Position numbers and translations under genes: made by a program. Positions 1-10,962 of a stretch of DNA of 64,000 bases are shown piece by piece. The stretch comes from Minisyncoccota bacterium (GTDB lineage: Bacteria > Patescibacteriota > Minisyncoccia > UBA6257 > GWB1-50-10). How positions within the stretch are numbered: the stretch's first letter is position 1; each line of letters opens with the position of its first letter. A model generated the notes under the pieces. The model saw only the letters and a program-made list of their open reading frames with translations. It did no database searches and had not been told where the DNA came from. Location of the stretch: contig JAYRXE010000037.1 in assembly GCA_041917695.1 (NCBI GenBank), forward strand, positions 130,155 to 194,154, in the 5' to 3' direction.

Positions 1-356
1 ATGACATCGTATCCATTCTTCTTAGCAGGCGCTTCTCCGACCAGCGTTACCGGCACCGATACATGAACTTTTTCTCCCTTCCGCACGGCATGAAAATCCG
101 CCGAAAGGGGTTTTCCGGAAATATGGTCCATATGTACGTCGGCGATGAGGACGGAGACCGGGTTGGCGCCGATCTTCAAGGTGATGAGGGAATTGCCCCC
201 CGCTCCGCGGTACAGTTTCATGAACGCTTTTTCATCGACTGAGATATGGGAATTTTCCGTACCGTTTCCATATACCTCTGCGGGAATTTTGCCGACTTTG
301 CGGAGCGCGGCCGTCTTTTTTCCGAATTCCGTCCGGATATCTGCGTGGAGTTCCAT
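1..356 (-). CDS. rplY: 50S ribosomal protein L25 / general stress protein Ctc (N-terminal part; gene runs off the window edge)
   Basis: Reverse-strand translation from the ATG at complement 354-356 gives MELHADIRTEFGKKTAALRKVGKIPAEVYG...LKIGANPVSVLIADVHMDHISGKP..., matching L25/Ctc. There is no stop before position 1, so it is absent from the ORF track. Confidence 0.6.
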   Translation of the reverse strand, partial: MELHADIRTEFGKKTAALRKVGKIPAEVYGNGTENSHISVDEKAFMKLYRGAGGNSLITLKIGANPVSVLIADVHMDHISGKPLSADFHAVRKGEKVHVSVPVTLVGEAPAKKNGYDV

Positions 357-366
357 GATTTTAGAT

Positions 367-627
367 TTACTTCTTCGTGTTCTTCTTCACCCGCGCTTTC
401 TTTTCTGCCTTGGGCTTTACTTTCGATTGCCGCGTCTTGAACCGTTCAACGCGTCCGCGCGTATCTATGAGCTGTTGGGAGCCCGTGTAGAACGGGTGGC
501 ATTTCGAGCAGATGTCCACGGAGAGCGTTTCACGCGTGGAACCCACGGTGAACGTGTTTCCGCAGGCGCATTTTACGGTCGCTTTCGCGTGGTAGGTGGG
601 ATGTATTTTGTCCTTCATACGTACCAC
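367..627 (-). CDS. rpmE: 50S ribosomal protein L31 with a lysine-rich C-terminal tail
   Basis: [13 protein letters not shown]...CACGNTF...[24 protein letters not shown] is the L31 zinc-ribbon signature. Confidence 0.85.
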   Translation of the reverse strand: MVRMKDKIHPTYHAKATVKCACGNTFTVGSTRETLSVDICSKCHPFYTGSQQLIDTRGRVERFKTRQSKVKPKAEKKARVKKNTKK

Positions 628-864
628 CCATACTGCCCTCTTTCCGGGTATTTTGCAAGACCTTTGCGGCGCGGCGCCTTTGCGACGATTTCGGTTGACA
701 GGGCGGCAAATATCGATACACTAGATAAGGCTCGCATGGGCGCTGTTTTTTTCGGCCCAGGCGAAGAACCTTTAAAAGTACATAGCAATTTATAACCATA
801 GTGAGGTTATAGAATTACGAAACCAAGCAACGGGAATCTTTCCCGTTGTCCCAATGATTTTTTT

Positions 865-2373
<1,509 letters not shown>

Positions 2374-2590
2374 AGTCGATAATGTTCAGGCAAATTCGCC
2401 GAACGGCGGATGAGCTCAATGCTTTTTCATTGGATATACTATCCAATGAAGGAGCGTGGAGCTTTGGCAACCGACCTTGCATTCATTATTTTTTCTCTTT
2501 GATATGGGTGATCGTCCCATATAAAACAATTCGATTTTTCGCATTGGGATAACGGGAAAGGTTTCTGTTTTTTTATTTCCACGCTATACT

Positions 2591-2974
2591 GTGAGCGTGA
2601 ATGACAAAAAAACCATTATCATCGTTGAAGATGAGCCGCTTTTAGGCACGCTTCTCAAGCAACGCATCGAACGCGAAGGCTTTGCGACGGAGCTTTTTTC
2701 CGACGGCAATGAGGCGCTTCGCTATCTCGCTCAAAACGACGCCGCATTGGTGCTTTTGGACATCATTATGCCTAAGATGTCCGGTTTTGAGTTTTTGGAG
2801 ACTCTCAGGAAGGGAACTGGATACCATATTCCGCCGGTCGTTTTCATGTCGAATCTCGGCCAGGAGGTCGATATTAAGCGGGGGGAGGAGCTTGGCGCCG
2901 CCGGTTACTTGGTGAAAGCGAAGGCGTCCTTGGATGAGATTGTGCAGAGCCTGCCTTCGTTTTTCAGGGGATAA
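2591..2974 (+). CDS. Single-domain response regulator (CheY-like receiver)
   Basis: IIIVEDEPLLGTLL...LLDIIMPKMSGFEFLETLR...YLVKA is a receiver-domain pattern. The start is GTG (2591 or 2597); the nearby ATG at 2601 is out of frame. Confidence 0.7.
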   Translation: MSVNDKKTIIIVEDEPLLGTLLKQRIEREGFATELFSDGNEALRYLAQNDAALVLLDIIMPKMSGFEFLETLRKGTGYHIPPVVFMSNLGQEVDIKRGEELGAAGYLVKAKASLDEIVQSLPSFFRG

Positions 2975-3064
2975 TTCATTTGTTTTTAGCCTTTCGGACG
3001 GGTATACTTCATTTGTAAAAGGTCGTTCATAGATTTCCATCATAATTTCAATCAATTAAATTTT

Positions 3065-3616
3065 ATGCAGACGAACAAAGGTTTTACGCTTATTGAGCTC
3101 TTGGTCGTTATCGCGATTCTCGCCGTTTTGGCGACTGCAGTCGTCGTCGTCCTTAATCCGGCACAGCTCGTAAAGCAAGGCAGGGATTCGACCCGCATCT
3201 CGGATCTTGCAGCGATTCATTCCGCGCTTGCGCTCTATCTTTCCGATGTCGCTTCGCCTTCGTTTACGGCGACGACTACCTGCACCGCAACTTCAACGGG
3301 AGGCGCACACCCTACCGGATTTACGACCGCCCAAGTGAATGCGTCAACGACGGTTGGTACGACCGCCTGGGTGAACGTCAATTTCAGCTCCATCAGTTCG
3401 GGTTCGCCGCTTGCACGGCTTCCGATTGATCCGGTAAATGATGCTACATATCACTACTGCTATAAGAGCTCATCGACGCTCATATACGAATTGGATGCGA
3501 ATATGGAAAGCTCCAAGTATGGAGGAGGATCTTCTGACGTTGAAGCGGGGACTAAAGATGGCGGGAACGATGATAACTGGTATGAAATTGGTAACGCGCC
3601 AGGCTTGAATTTATAG
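3065..3616 (+). CDS. Type IV pilin (PilA-like major pilin)
   Basis: MQTNKG|FTLIELLVVIAILAVLA is a class-III prepilin leader with G-1, F+1 and E+5, and it lies upstream of pilB/pilC. Confidence 0.75.
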   Translation: MQTNKGFTLIELLVVIAILAVLATAVVVVLNPAQLVKQGRDSTRISDLAAIHSALALYLSDVASPSFTATTTCTATSTGGAHPTGFTTAQVNASTTVGTTAWVNVNFSSISSGSPLARLPIDPVNDATYHYCYKSSSTLIYELDANMESSKYGGGSSDVEAGTKDGGNDDNWYEIGNAPGLNL

Positions 3617-3640
3617 TTTTGACGGTTTTTACCAAAGAAA

Positions 3641-3670
3641 AACACCGAGAATTCTCGGTGTTTTTCTTTT
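3641..3670 (+). terminator. Rho-independent terminator after the pilin gene
   Basis: CACCGAG-AATT-CTCGGTG hairpin followed by a T-run. Confidence 0.7.
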
Positions 3671-3691
3671 CTGTTATACTTGAACCAGAAA

Positions 3692-5407
3692 ATGATTTCT
3701 CTGCCTGACAATCAGGTGAAGGATATGCTTCTGCGCGCCGGCGTCGTGGATGAAAAATCCTTTGAGCTGGTCAAAACTGAAGCGCTCCGCAAAAACCAAA
3801 ACCCTATAGACGTTTTGATCTCTGAGGGAGTCTTTACGCGCGATTATTTCTACCTTTTGCTGGCTAAAACGCTTGGCCTCGAGCGGGTGAATTTGGGCAC
3901 TATCCAAATCGATGAGGCGGTGATGGAAAAAATCCCCGAAGAAGTGGCGCGGCAGAAGAAGGTAATCGTATTCGGTCGCGATGCGGACGGGGCGTATCTT
4001 GCCGCCATGGAGGACCCCACCGATCTCGAAACGATTGATTTCTTGAAACGGCGCCTGAATGGCTTCGTAAAAGCCTACCTCGCCACTGAAGAGGATTTGA
4101 ATCGCGGATACCTCCTCTATAACAAACAGCTTACTCAGGATTTCAAGAAAATTATCGAGGAGAGCGTCCAGGAAACCCTGCGGCTGAAGGCGCGCGGGGC
4201 CTTGAAGGAAGTAGGGGAGGATTTGCCGGTCGTCGCCATCATCGACAACCTGCTTTCCTACGCCATCTCTTCGCGGAGCTCCGATGTCCATATCGAGGCG
4301 CTTGACGATGCGGTGTATGTGCGGTTTCGCATCGACGGCGTGCTCCATGAGATCATCACCATGCCGAAAGAAATCCGCCCCGCCATCGTGGCCCGCATTA
4401 AAATCCTTTCGAGCCTCCGGGTAGACGAACATACGCATCCGCAAGACGGCCGCTTCAGGTATGCCGTGGGGGACCAGTTCGTCGACATCCGCGTTTCCAT
4501 CTTGCCGACATTCTACGGGGAGAAGGTTGAGATGCGTTTGCTCGCGGATTCCCAGCGCCCGCTGTCGTTCCAATCGTTGGGTATGTTTGATGACTCCATC
4601 AAATTACTCCAAGAAGGCATTTCAAAGACCTACGGCATGGTATTGGTGTGCGGTCCGACTGGTTCGGGTAAATCCACCACACTCTATTCGGTTTTGAACG
4701 TCTTGAACCATCCCGAAGTCAATATTGTGACGATTGAAGATCCCATCGAATACGATATGCGGTATGTGAACCAAATTCAGGTGAATCCGGCCGCCGGCAT
4801 CACTTTTGCTTCGGGACTGCGGTCTATTCTCCGCCAGGATCCCAACATTATCATGGTGGGCGAGGTGCGCGACGGCGAAACGGCGAATATTGCCGTACAA
4901 GCAGCACTTACCGGCCATTTAGTGCTTTCGAGCTTGCACACGAATGACGCGCCGACTGCCATACCGCGTCTCGTCGACATGGGCATTCCGCCCTTTCTCG
5001 TTTCCGCCGTGTTGAATGTCGTCTCGGCGCAACGCCTCGCCCGGCGGATTTGTCGCGATTGCATTGAATCGTATACGCCGCCGGCGGAGATTCGGGATGC
5101 GATTCTCCACGAAGTCGAAGGATTGAAGACGGAAGGAGACGCGACCCGATTGCCGAAAGTCTTTTATCGCGGAAAGGGGTGCCGGACGTGCAGTTTCACG
5201 GGCTTTTTGGGGCGGATGACCATTTGCGAAGTCATGCCTATTTCGGAAGCGATTCGCAAGCTTATCATCGATCCGCACTTCGACCTCGACGAACTCCGTT
5301 TACTCGCCCGAAAGGAGGGGATGGTCACGATGATCGAAGACGGGCTTCGGAAGGTTGAATTGGGCCTTACGACCATCGAGGAGGTCTTTCGCATTATCAG
5401 AGAATAA
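3692..5407 (+). CDS. pilB: Type IV pilus assembly ATPase PilB/GspE family
   Basis: Walker A VLVCGPTGSGKSTT, the GspE N-terminal domain, and the CRDC...CRTC tetracysteine motif. The ORF track starts at a TTG at 3680; the ATG at 3692 is preferred. Confidence 0.85.
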   Translation: MISLPDNQVKDMLLRAGVVDEKSFELVKTEALRKNQNPIDVLISEGVFTRDYFYLLLAKTLGLERVNLGTIQIDEAVMEKIPEEVARQKKVIVFGRDADGAYLAAMEDPTDLETIDFLKRRLNGFVKAYLATEEDLNRGYLLYNKQLTQDFKKIIEESVQETLRLKARGALKEVGEDLPVVAIIDNLLSYAISSRSSDVHIEALDDAVYVRFRIDGVLHEIITMPKEIRPAIVARIKILSSLRVDEHTHPQDGRFRYAVGDQFVDIRVSILPTFYGEKVEMRLLADSQRPLSFQSLGMFDDSIKLLQEGISKTYGMVLVCGPTGSGKSTTLYSVLNVLNHPEVNIVTIEDPIEYDMRYVNQIQVNPAAGITFASGLRSILRQDPNIIMVGEVRDGETANIAVQAALTGHLVLSSLHTNDAPTAIPRLVDMGIPPFLVSAVLNVVSAQRLARRICRDCIESYTPPAEIRDAILHEVEGLKTEGDATRLPKVFYRGKGCRTCSFTGFLGRMTICEVMPISEAIRKLIIDPHFDLDELRLLARKEGMVTMIEDGLRKVELGLTTIEEVFRIIRE

Positions 5408-5409
5408 CC

Positions 5410-6615
5410 ATGCTGTACCACTTTATCGCGTCCGATGCGGACGGAAAGCTTTTTGAAGAGGATGTCGAGGCGAAGAACGTCGACGACGTCGTTTCGATTA
5501 TCGCCGGAAGAGGATTGAAGCCCGTCAGCGTGAAGGCGGTGCGGGGCGGTAATTGGAATATCAATCTTTTCTCGGGAAAGATCACCATCGGCGATCAGAT
5601 TTTCATTTCAAAATACCTTGCGCTCATGCTGAAGATCGGCACGGGTCTGCTTCAGGCGGTCAATATCCTCCTTGAGGATTTTTCAAAGCCGATGATTCGC
5701 CAGTTCCTCCTTGAGGTGCGTTCGAATTTGGAGAAAGGGAAGCCGTTTTATGCAGCGTTCGAAAAATACCATGAGGCGTTCAGCCAGGTGTACGTGAACT
5801 CGGTCCGCGCCGGAGAGGCGTCCGGCAGCCTTGAACAGGTATTCGACAATATGACCGCCTCACTGACGAAGGAGAAGATGCTTCGCGACCAGATCAGGAG
5901 CGCGCTTTTTTACCCGATTATCCTGCTCGTTTCATCGCTCGGCATTTTGTTTTTCCTTATTATGTTTGCCCTTCCTAAGATTGCCGGCGTTTTCAGCCAA
6001 AGCGGGTTTGAGCCCCCGCTTTTTTCCCGTGTCGTTTTTGCCGTCGGATTGTTTCTGGGAAGGTTCGGAGGCTATGCGCTCGCAGTGTTTGCCCTGGCGG
6101 CGATCGGAGGGTTTCTCATGTACCGCTATTCGTACGTTTTCAAACGTTTCGTCGTCGGCATCGTTTCGTCGATCCCCATCGTGAAGGATATTTTGAAAAA
6201 AATATCCCTCCAGCGTTTTGCCGCGACCCTCTCTTCCCTGGTGCGCGCCGGCATGCCGATTACGGACGCACTCGAAATTACCGCGGATTCGGTGTCCCAA
6301 CTCGAGCTCAAAGAGGCTCTGGTGCGTATTTCAAAGGAAGGTATTTCCAAAGGATTGTCTCTCGGCGACGCATTCAAACGGGAACCCTATTTTCCGAAAA
6401 CCGTTGTGAATTTGATTGCAATCTCCGAACATGCGGGGCACATCGAAGAGGTTTTGGCCACACTCGCCGATTTCTACGTGAGCGAAATAGACAGCTCGCT
6501 GAAAACACTGGTCTCTTTCCTTGAGCCTATCATGCTTGTTTTCATCGGCTTGGTCGTCGGTCTTATCGCGCTCGCCATCGTGGTGCCTATTTATCAGCTG
6601 ACGATGCAGTTTTAG
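5410..6615 (+). CDS. pilC: Type IV pilus platform protein PilC/GspF family
   Basis: Two GspF repeats (…AFEKYHEAFSQVYVNSVRAGEASGSLEQVF…; …AFKREPYFPKTVVNLIAISEHAGHIEEVL…) and polytopic TM segments, immediately after pilB. Confidence 0.85.
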   Translation: MLYHFIASDADGKLFEEDVEAKNVDDVVSIIAGRGLKPVSVKAVRGGNWNINLFSGKITIGDQIFISKYLALMLKIGTGLLQAVNILLEDFSKPMIRQFLLEVRSNLEKGKPFYAAFEKYHEAFSQVYVNSVRAGEASGSLEQVFDNMTASLTKEKMLRDQIRSALFYPIILLVSSLGILFFLIMFALPKIAGVFSQSGFEPPLFSRVVFAVGLFLGRFGGYALAVFALAAIGGFLMYRYSYVFKRFVVGIVSSIPIVKDILKKISLQRFAATLSSLVRAGMPITDALEITADSVSQLELKEALVRISKEGISKGLSLGDAFKREPYFPKTVVNLIAISEHAGHIEEVLATLADFYVSEIDSSLKTLVSFLEPIMLVFIGLVVGLIALAIVVPIYQLTMQF

Positions 6616-6622
6616 GCCCGCC

Positions 6623-7735
6623 ATGAAAAAAGCAAAATATTTTTTTGCGCACCGCCGCGGTTTTACGCTGGTCGAGCTTCTCATCGCCGTTGCAATCATC
6701 TCTGCGGTTTCCGTCGGGGGATTCATAGCGCTTTTTAAATATCGCGGCAGCCGCGAAGTCGAACTCACCGTGAATGAGCTTGCGTCAGTCGTGCGCGATA
6801 CGCAGCGGAAATCCGTAACCCAGCAGGGCGGCAAGCGATGGGGCATTCGTTTTGAGAATTCAAGCGCCGGAGCAGGCTCCTTAAAAGTATTCAGCGGGAC
6901 CAGTTTTGCTTCCGGAACGCTTACGCAAACCATCCCGCTTCGCTCGGGTGTTTCATTCGGCGAGCCATTCGCATCAAGCACCTACGACCTCATCTTTGCG
7001 CCGATTGAAGGAACCATTGCTCCGAATAAGGTGGTGACCGTCTACTCAAACAGCGCGGGAGGGTTTGTGGGGGATTTGCTGGTAAACTCACTCGGCAAAG
7101 TGGCTGCCCAACTGGAAACGGGCCTCGTCGGCTATTGGCACATGGACGAAACGACAAGCACGGTTGCCTACGACGCTTCGGGAAACGGGAGAAGCGGAAC
7201 ATTGAGCGGCCTTACGCGACTTTCGGTAACCAATTGCAAGGCGGGCGGATGTCTTCATTCCACCGCCGATTCAATGTCGGTCGCCGGAGCGAATCCTATC
7301 ACCGGCAGTTCTCCTTTCACTATGTCCGCGTGGTTGAATATGGATTCGCATTCCAATTACGGTCTGGCGTTCTATATGGGCGCTGATGCGGTCGGCCAGC
7401 TGGCCTGGATTGGGTGGACGCAATCCGCGCAAGTCGGGACATCGAATTCCATCGGCGGGGGTTTTTACGGTACTAATTTCGGTTCCGGCGTTACCGACAC
7501 CGACGGCTGGCATCATGTCGTTTTCACCTTCGAGGGAGGAGAGGGGGGAGCCGCAAAGCTCTATGTTGACGGCATGGAACGGGCGTCGAGCAACTACACT
7601 CCCAATCTTTCGTCCGCCGGCATCGCGTTCGGGCACCCTTCGTACCCCTATAACGGCGATATCGACGAAGTCCGTCTTTACAATCGCGCCCTTTCGGCTT
7701 CCGAGGTCCTCGCCGAGTACAATGCACTCCGTTAA
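6623..7735 (+). CDS. Prepilin-type (pseudopilin) protein fused to a C-terminal LamG/concanavalin-like domain
   Basis: N-terminus MKKAKYFFAHRRG|FTLVELLIAVAII (G-1/F+1/E+5). C-terminus ...GWHHVVFTFEG...KLYVDGMERASS...GDIDEVRLYNRALSASEV, a LamG-type 'DEVRIYNRALS' signature. Confidence 0.6.
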   Translation: MKKAKYFFAHRRGFTLVELLIAVAIISAVSVGGFIALFKYRGSREVELTVNELASVVRDTQRKSVTQQGGKRWGIRFENSSAGAGSLKVFSGTSFASGTLTQTIPLRSGVSFGEPFASSTYDLIFAPIEGTIAPNKVVTVYSNSAGGFVGDLLVNSLGKVAAQLETGLVGYWHMDETTSTVAYDASGNGRSGTLSGLTRLSVTNCKAGGCLHSTADSMSVAGANPITGSSPFTMSAWLNMDSHSNYGLAFYMGADAVGQLAWIGWTQSAQVGTSNSIGGGFYGTNFGSGVTDTDGWHHVVFTFEGGEGGAAKLYVDGMERASSNYTPNLSSAGIAFGHPSYPYNGDIDEVRLYNRALSASEVLAEYNALR

Positions 7736-7738
7736 CTT

Positions 7739-9037
7739 ATGAAATTTTTTAGAATGCTCCGCCGGGTTCGCGATGGTCAGTCGCTTATTGAGATATTGTT
7801 GGCGCTTGCGATCGGCGCCATTTTGATCGGGGCGGCGGCGCTCGGCATCGCATTCATGATCAAGTCGACGGGCACCAATAGAAACCTCCAAATCGCATCA
7901 TCGCTTGTCCGGGAGACCATTGAAAAACTCCGCGCGTGGTCTTCGGCGGACTGGCAGAACGTCTATGCTCTTGAAAAAGGGCTTACGACCACATATTTTC
8001 TAAACGCTTCCGGAACTACCTTCGCCGCCATTCCCGGAGAGGAGGGGATTATTGAAAGCGATGTTCGATTCGGGCTTTCAGGGCGCTGGGGATTTGATGA
8101 AGCGACGGGAACCGTTGCCTATGACATGGCCGGCGTCGGAATCCACGGGACGCTTACCGGTTCGCCCGTGCGCGCCACCTCGACCGCCTGCAAGCTTGGC
8201 GGTTGCTTGAGTTTTGACGGCACCAATTCGGTCTCGGTTCCCGATGCGACCTCAACGGATCCGACAACTGCTTGGACGCTCGCCGCTTGGATCGAGCGCA
8301 CCGCGACGGGAACCCAGCATTCAGTCATTGAAAAATACGACAATACCGGCGGATTCGGGAATTTTGCCCTTCGCGTGACCGCTTCCGATAAATTAACCGC
8401 CCAGGTATGGGACGGCACCTCAAATGCGGATTGCGGTACGACGGCGACTATATTGCGTGCCGGAGAGTGGTATCATGTCGCCGCCACGTTTGATGCAAGT
8501 TCGAACCGCCTAATTTGTTACGTGAACGGTGAAGCTGAATCTGCCAATGCTTCAGTTTCCATCGATCCTCCCGCGAGCGATGCCACCCTGAAGATCGGGT
8601 GCCGCGGCAATGATTGCGGGACGAAGTTTGAAGGGTTCATCGATGACGCGCGAATATATGACCGTGCGCTCTCGCCGTCAGAAGTGAAGCGCATGGCGCA
8701 AAGCCAGGTTTTCACCCGCTATTTCTCAATTGAAAACACGTGCCGCACGGCTAATTCATCGAGTTCGCTTGAAGCCGCCCCGTGTTCGTTCGGGTATTTC
8801 ATCGATCCTTCCACCCAAAAAGTGACCGCATTGGTTACCTGGCCAACGGCCCAGGCCTCGGGGGAAGTGAAGCTGGTCGAATTCCTTACGCGGTGGAAAA
8901 ACGAGATTTTCCACCAAAGCGACTGGTCGGGCGGGTCCGGCCAAGAGGGGCCGATTTCAGTGCCGAATAACCGTTTTGCAAGCTCCACGAACGTGAATGT
9001 CGATTCTCAGGGGAGAATTCGCATCGAGGGACTTTAA
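7739..9037 (+). CDS. Second pseudopilin-LamG fusion protein (paralog of 6623-7735)
   Basis: N-terminus ...RVRDG|QSLIEILLALAIGAILIG (E+5). The LamG-like core is ...EWYHVAATFDASSNRLICYVNGE...GFIDDARIYDRALSPSEV. Confidence 0.55.
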   Translation: MKFFRMLRRVRDGQSLIEILLALAIGAILIGAAALGIAFMIKSTGTNRNLQIASSLVRETIEKLRAWSSADWQNVYALEKGLTTTYFLNASGTTFAAIPGEEGIIESDVRFGLSGRWGFDEATGTVAYDMAGVGIHGTLTGSPVRATSTACKLGGCLSFDGTNSVSVPDATSTDPTTAWTLAAWIERTATGTQHSVIEKYDNTGGFGNFALRVTASDKLTAQVWDGTSNADCGTTATILRAGEWYHVAATFDASSNRLICYVNGEAESANASVSIDPPASDATLKIGCRGNDCGTKFEGFIDDARIYDRALSPSEVKRMAQSQVFTRYFSIENTCRTANSSSSLEAAPCSFGYFIDPSTQKVTALVTWPTAQASGEVKLVEFLTRWKNEIFHQSDWSGGSGQEGPISVPNNRFASSTNVNVDSQGRIRIEGL

Positions 9038-10518
9038 CGGATTGCGAAAATAGCGGCCTCCTTCGGTATGATTGCGGGTCTTCCGGGCAAGACGTAGCGG
9101 ATATTTTTTTCGTTCTGCTTTTCAAGCGTAAATGAGTCGGTGAGAAACATGACGGTCTGCGCGGGCATCGGGATGCCACGCACGTCAACGCCTCCCGCTT
9201 CGACAATCACATATTTGGGTATCTGCGGGGGGAGCGCATTTACTGAGCGGGCAATTGCCGCGTAGTCGGTTGTAAATGCCCCTGCGGTTTCTGGCGATTC
9301 TCCCCATTCGATGAAATACGCATAATAGGCTTGCACCATCACCATAGCGAAAAAGAGGCCGATGAAGGCCGCGCACGCTTTCGTATGGATATTTTTATTG
9401 AGCAGCCATTCATGAATCGCGACCCCCGCCCATGCGGCGAGAATGATTGCGGAAGGAATCATAAGGATTGCCCGAAGCGCATGAGGAATACCTTCGCTTG
9501 AAACAACGACGGGAAGCGCCGCGACGATAAGGCCCGAGAGGAGAAATATGAACGGGTTCCTCTCCTTTTCCTGACCGCGGCGGGCGAGCTTTGCAATGCC
9601 GAGAAGGAGCGCAGCGGCAAAGAGTATCGCCACGGGCCAGAAAAATTCCGGCGCGCCGGGCAGGTTGTGCCTCCAATTCATGTCCCCGCGGAAGAAAAAC
9701 ATCCCGAACGTGTCAGCTCCGTTCTTTAAGAGGGCCACAGCGGGATTTTCCGTTGAAAAAATTGAAACTTGCGAAGTCCGTCCGAAGAAATCGCCGGGAT
9801 GGCCCGCAAAATAAACGAGGAGCGGCACCGAGACCAGCGCGGCGCCGGCAATGAAAATACTTGCAATGCGCGCCATGTTTTTCGTGCCGATTTCTTTTTT
9901 CCATGCGAAAAAGACGGTGAGTGGGATAAGCGGGGTCGCGCGATATGCGATATATGAATGGAATCCCAATCCATAGACGATTCCCGCCAAAAGCGGAATG
10001 AATACTTTCCCTTTTCGGATAGCAAGAAGGAGAAGCCATGACCCCCACACGAAGAAGAAGGGAGCCATGATGGCGCGGAAGCCGATGCGGGAGAAATTTA
10101 TATGCCAAAAACTCGTTGCAAGGAAAAAGGCGGCGACGAGACCGATGGCGACCGATTTTTTTTCTCCTGAACGGCGAAATAGCTCTCGAGCCAGAAAAAA
10201 GACGCCCAAGACGGTGAAAAATCCAAAAATCGCGCTGGGGAGGCGCAACATCCACGGTTCAGGGGTTCCTTCCGGGGGGGTGAGTCCGCGGAGAAACGCC
10301 GCTTGAATGTTTATAAACAGGCCTTCCCGCCCGTTATTTTCGGGATAGAAAACTTTTCCCCGCAAAAACCCGCCGTTTTGGAGGGTCTCTTCGGCATTCG
10401 AGCCGTTCATCGCTTCGTCCGGGTAGAGTCCCGGCGGGAGATCGGCAATTCGGTAGAATCTAAAAAAGAGCGCAATCCCCAATACCAAAAAAAGAAGGAG
10501 GATTTCTCGAGGCTTCAT
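9034..10518 (-). CDS. GT-C family membrane glycosyltransferase (GT39/PMT/ArnT-like)
   Basis: A polytopic membrane protein with an N-terminal YRIADLPPGLYPDEAMNG (DE motif in the first loop) and many TM helices. It is convergent with the pilin gene. Confidence 0.6.
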   Translation of the reverse strand: MKPREILLLFLVLGIALFFRFYRIADLPPGLYPDEAMNGSNAEETLQNGGFLRGKVFYPENNGREGLFINIQAAFLRGLTPPEGTPEPWMLRLPSAIFGFFTVLGVFFLARELFRRSGEKKSVAIGLVAAFFLATSFWHINFSRIGFRAIMAPFFFVWGSWLLLLAIRKGKVFIPLLAGIVYGLGFHSYIAYRATPLIPLTVFFAWKKEIGTKNMARIASIFIAGAALVSVPLLVYFAGHPGDFFGRTSQVSIFSTENPAVALLKNGADTFGMFFFRGDMNWRHNLPGAPEFFWPVAILFAAALLLGIAKLARRGQEKERNPFIFLLSGLIVAALPVVVSSEGIPHALRAILMIPSAIILAAWAGVAIHEWLLNKNIHTKACAAFIGLFFAMVMVQAYYAYFIEWGESPETAGAFTTDYAAIARSVNALPPQIPKYVIVEAGGVDVRGIPMPAQTVMFLTDSFTLEKQNEKNIRYVLPGRPAIIPKEAAIFAIR

Positions 10519-10548
10519 GTGGCTTTATTATAGTATAATAGTGAACGT

Positions 10549-10962
10549 ATGGTGAGAGTTGTGCATTTTGATTCCCCTCCGATGCCCGAAGGCGCATTCG
10601 CGCGCGTGCGCGAAGAAGTTCAGGCTATTCGCTCACGCCCGGAGCTGCGCGATGCTTCGCATGAAGCACTGGTGAAGGAGTCGATAAAGTCGATAGCCGA
10701 AAAGGTTCCCGCCGACAGCCTGCCGACGCCGTCTCCCGCCCCTTCCGCATCCAGCGCGTCTTCGCGTCTTCCGGCCTATGCGGACGATGCGGATGCATCC
10801 GTGAAAACGGAAGTCGAGGCATTACTCCGTCGTGTTGCCGAAAAAGGCCTGCTTGATGCGATTGCCGCGGCGAAAAAGGCGGAACCGTTCGTTGAGGACG
10901 CCTTCCACGACGCCCTCGTCGAAAAAATGATGCCGGCTTTCCGGGAGGAAAGCGGCGTGTGA
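10549..10962 (+). CDS. Hypothetical protein (Ala/Pro/Ser-rich middle region)
   Basis: ORF with no recognisable motif; its stop overlaps the start of the downstream ATPase gene. Confidence 0.3.
   Translation: MVRVVHFDSPPMPEGAFARVREEVQAIRSRPELRDASHEALVKESIKSIAEKVPADSLPTPSPAPSASSASSRLPAYADDADASVKTEVEALLRRVAEKGLLDAIAAAKKAEPFVEDAFHDALVEKMMPAFREESGV

Noticed and set aside
3674-4573. 299-aa minus ORF antisense to pilB; 16880-17749 antisense to pgk
   Set aside because: They overlap strongly supported plus-strand genes.
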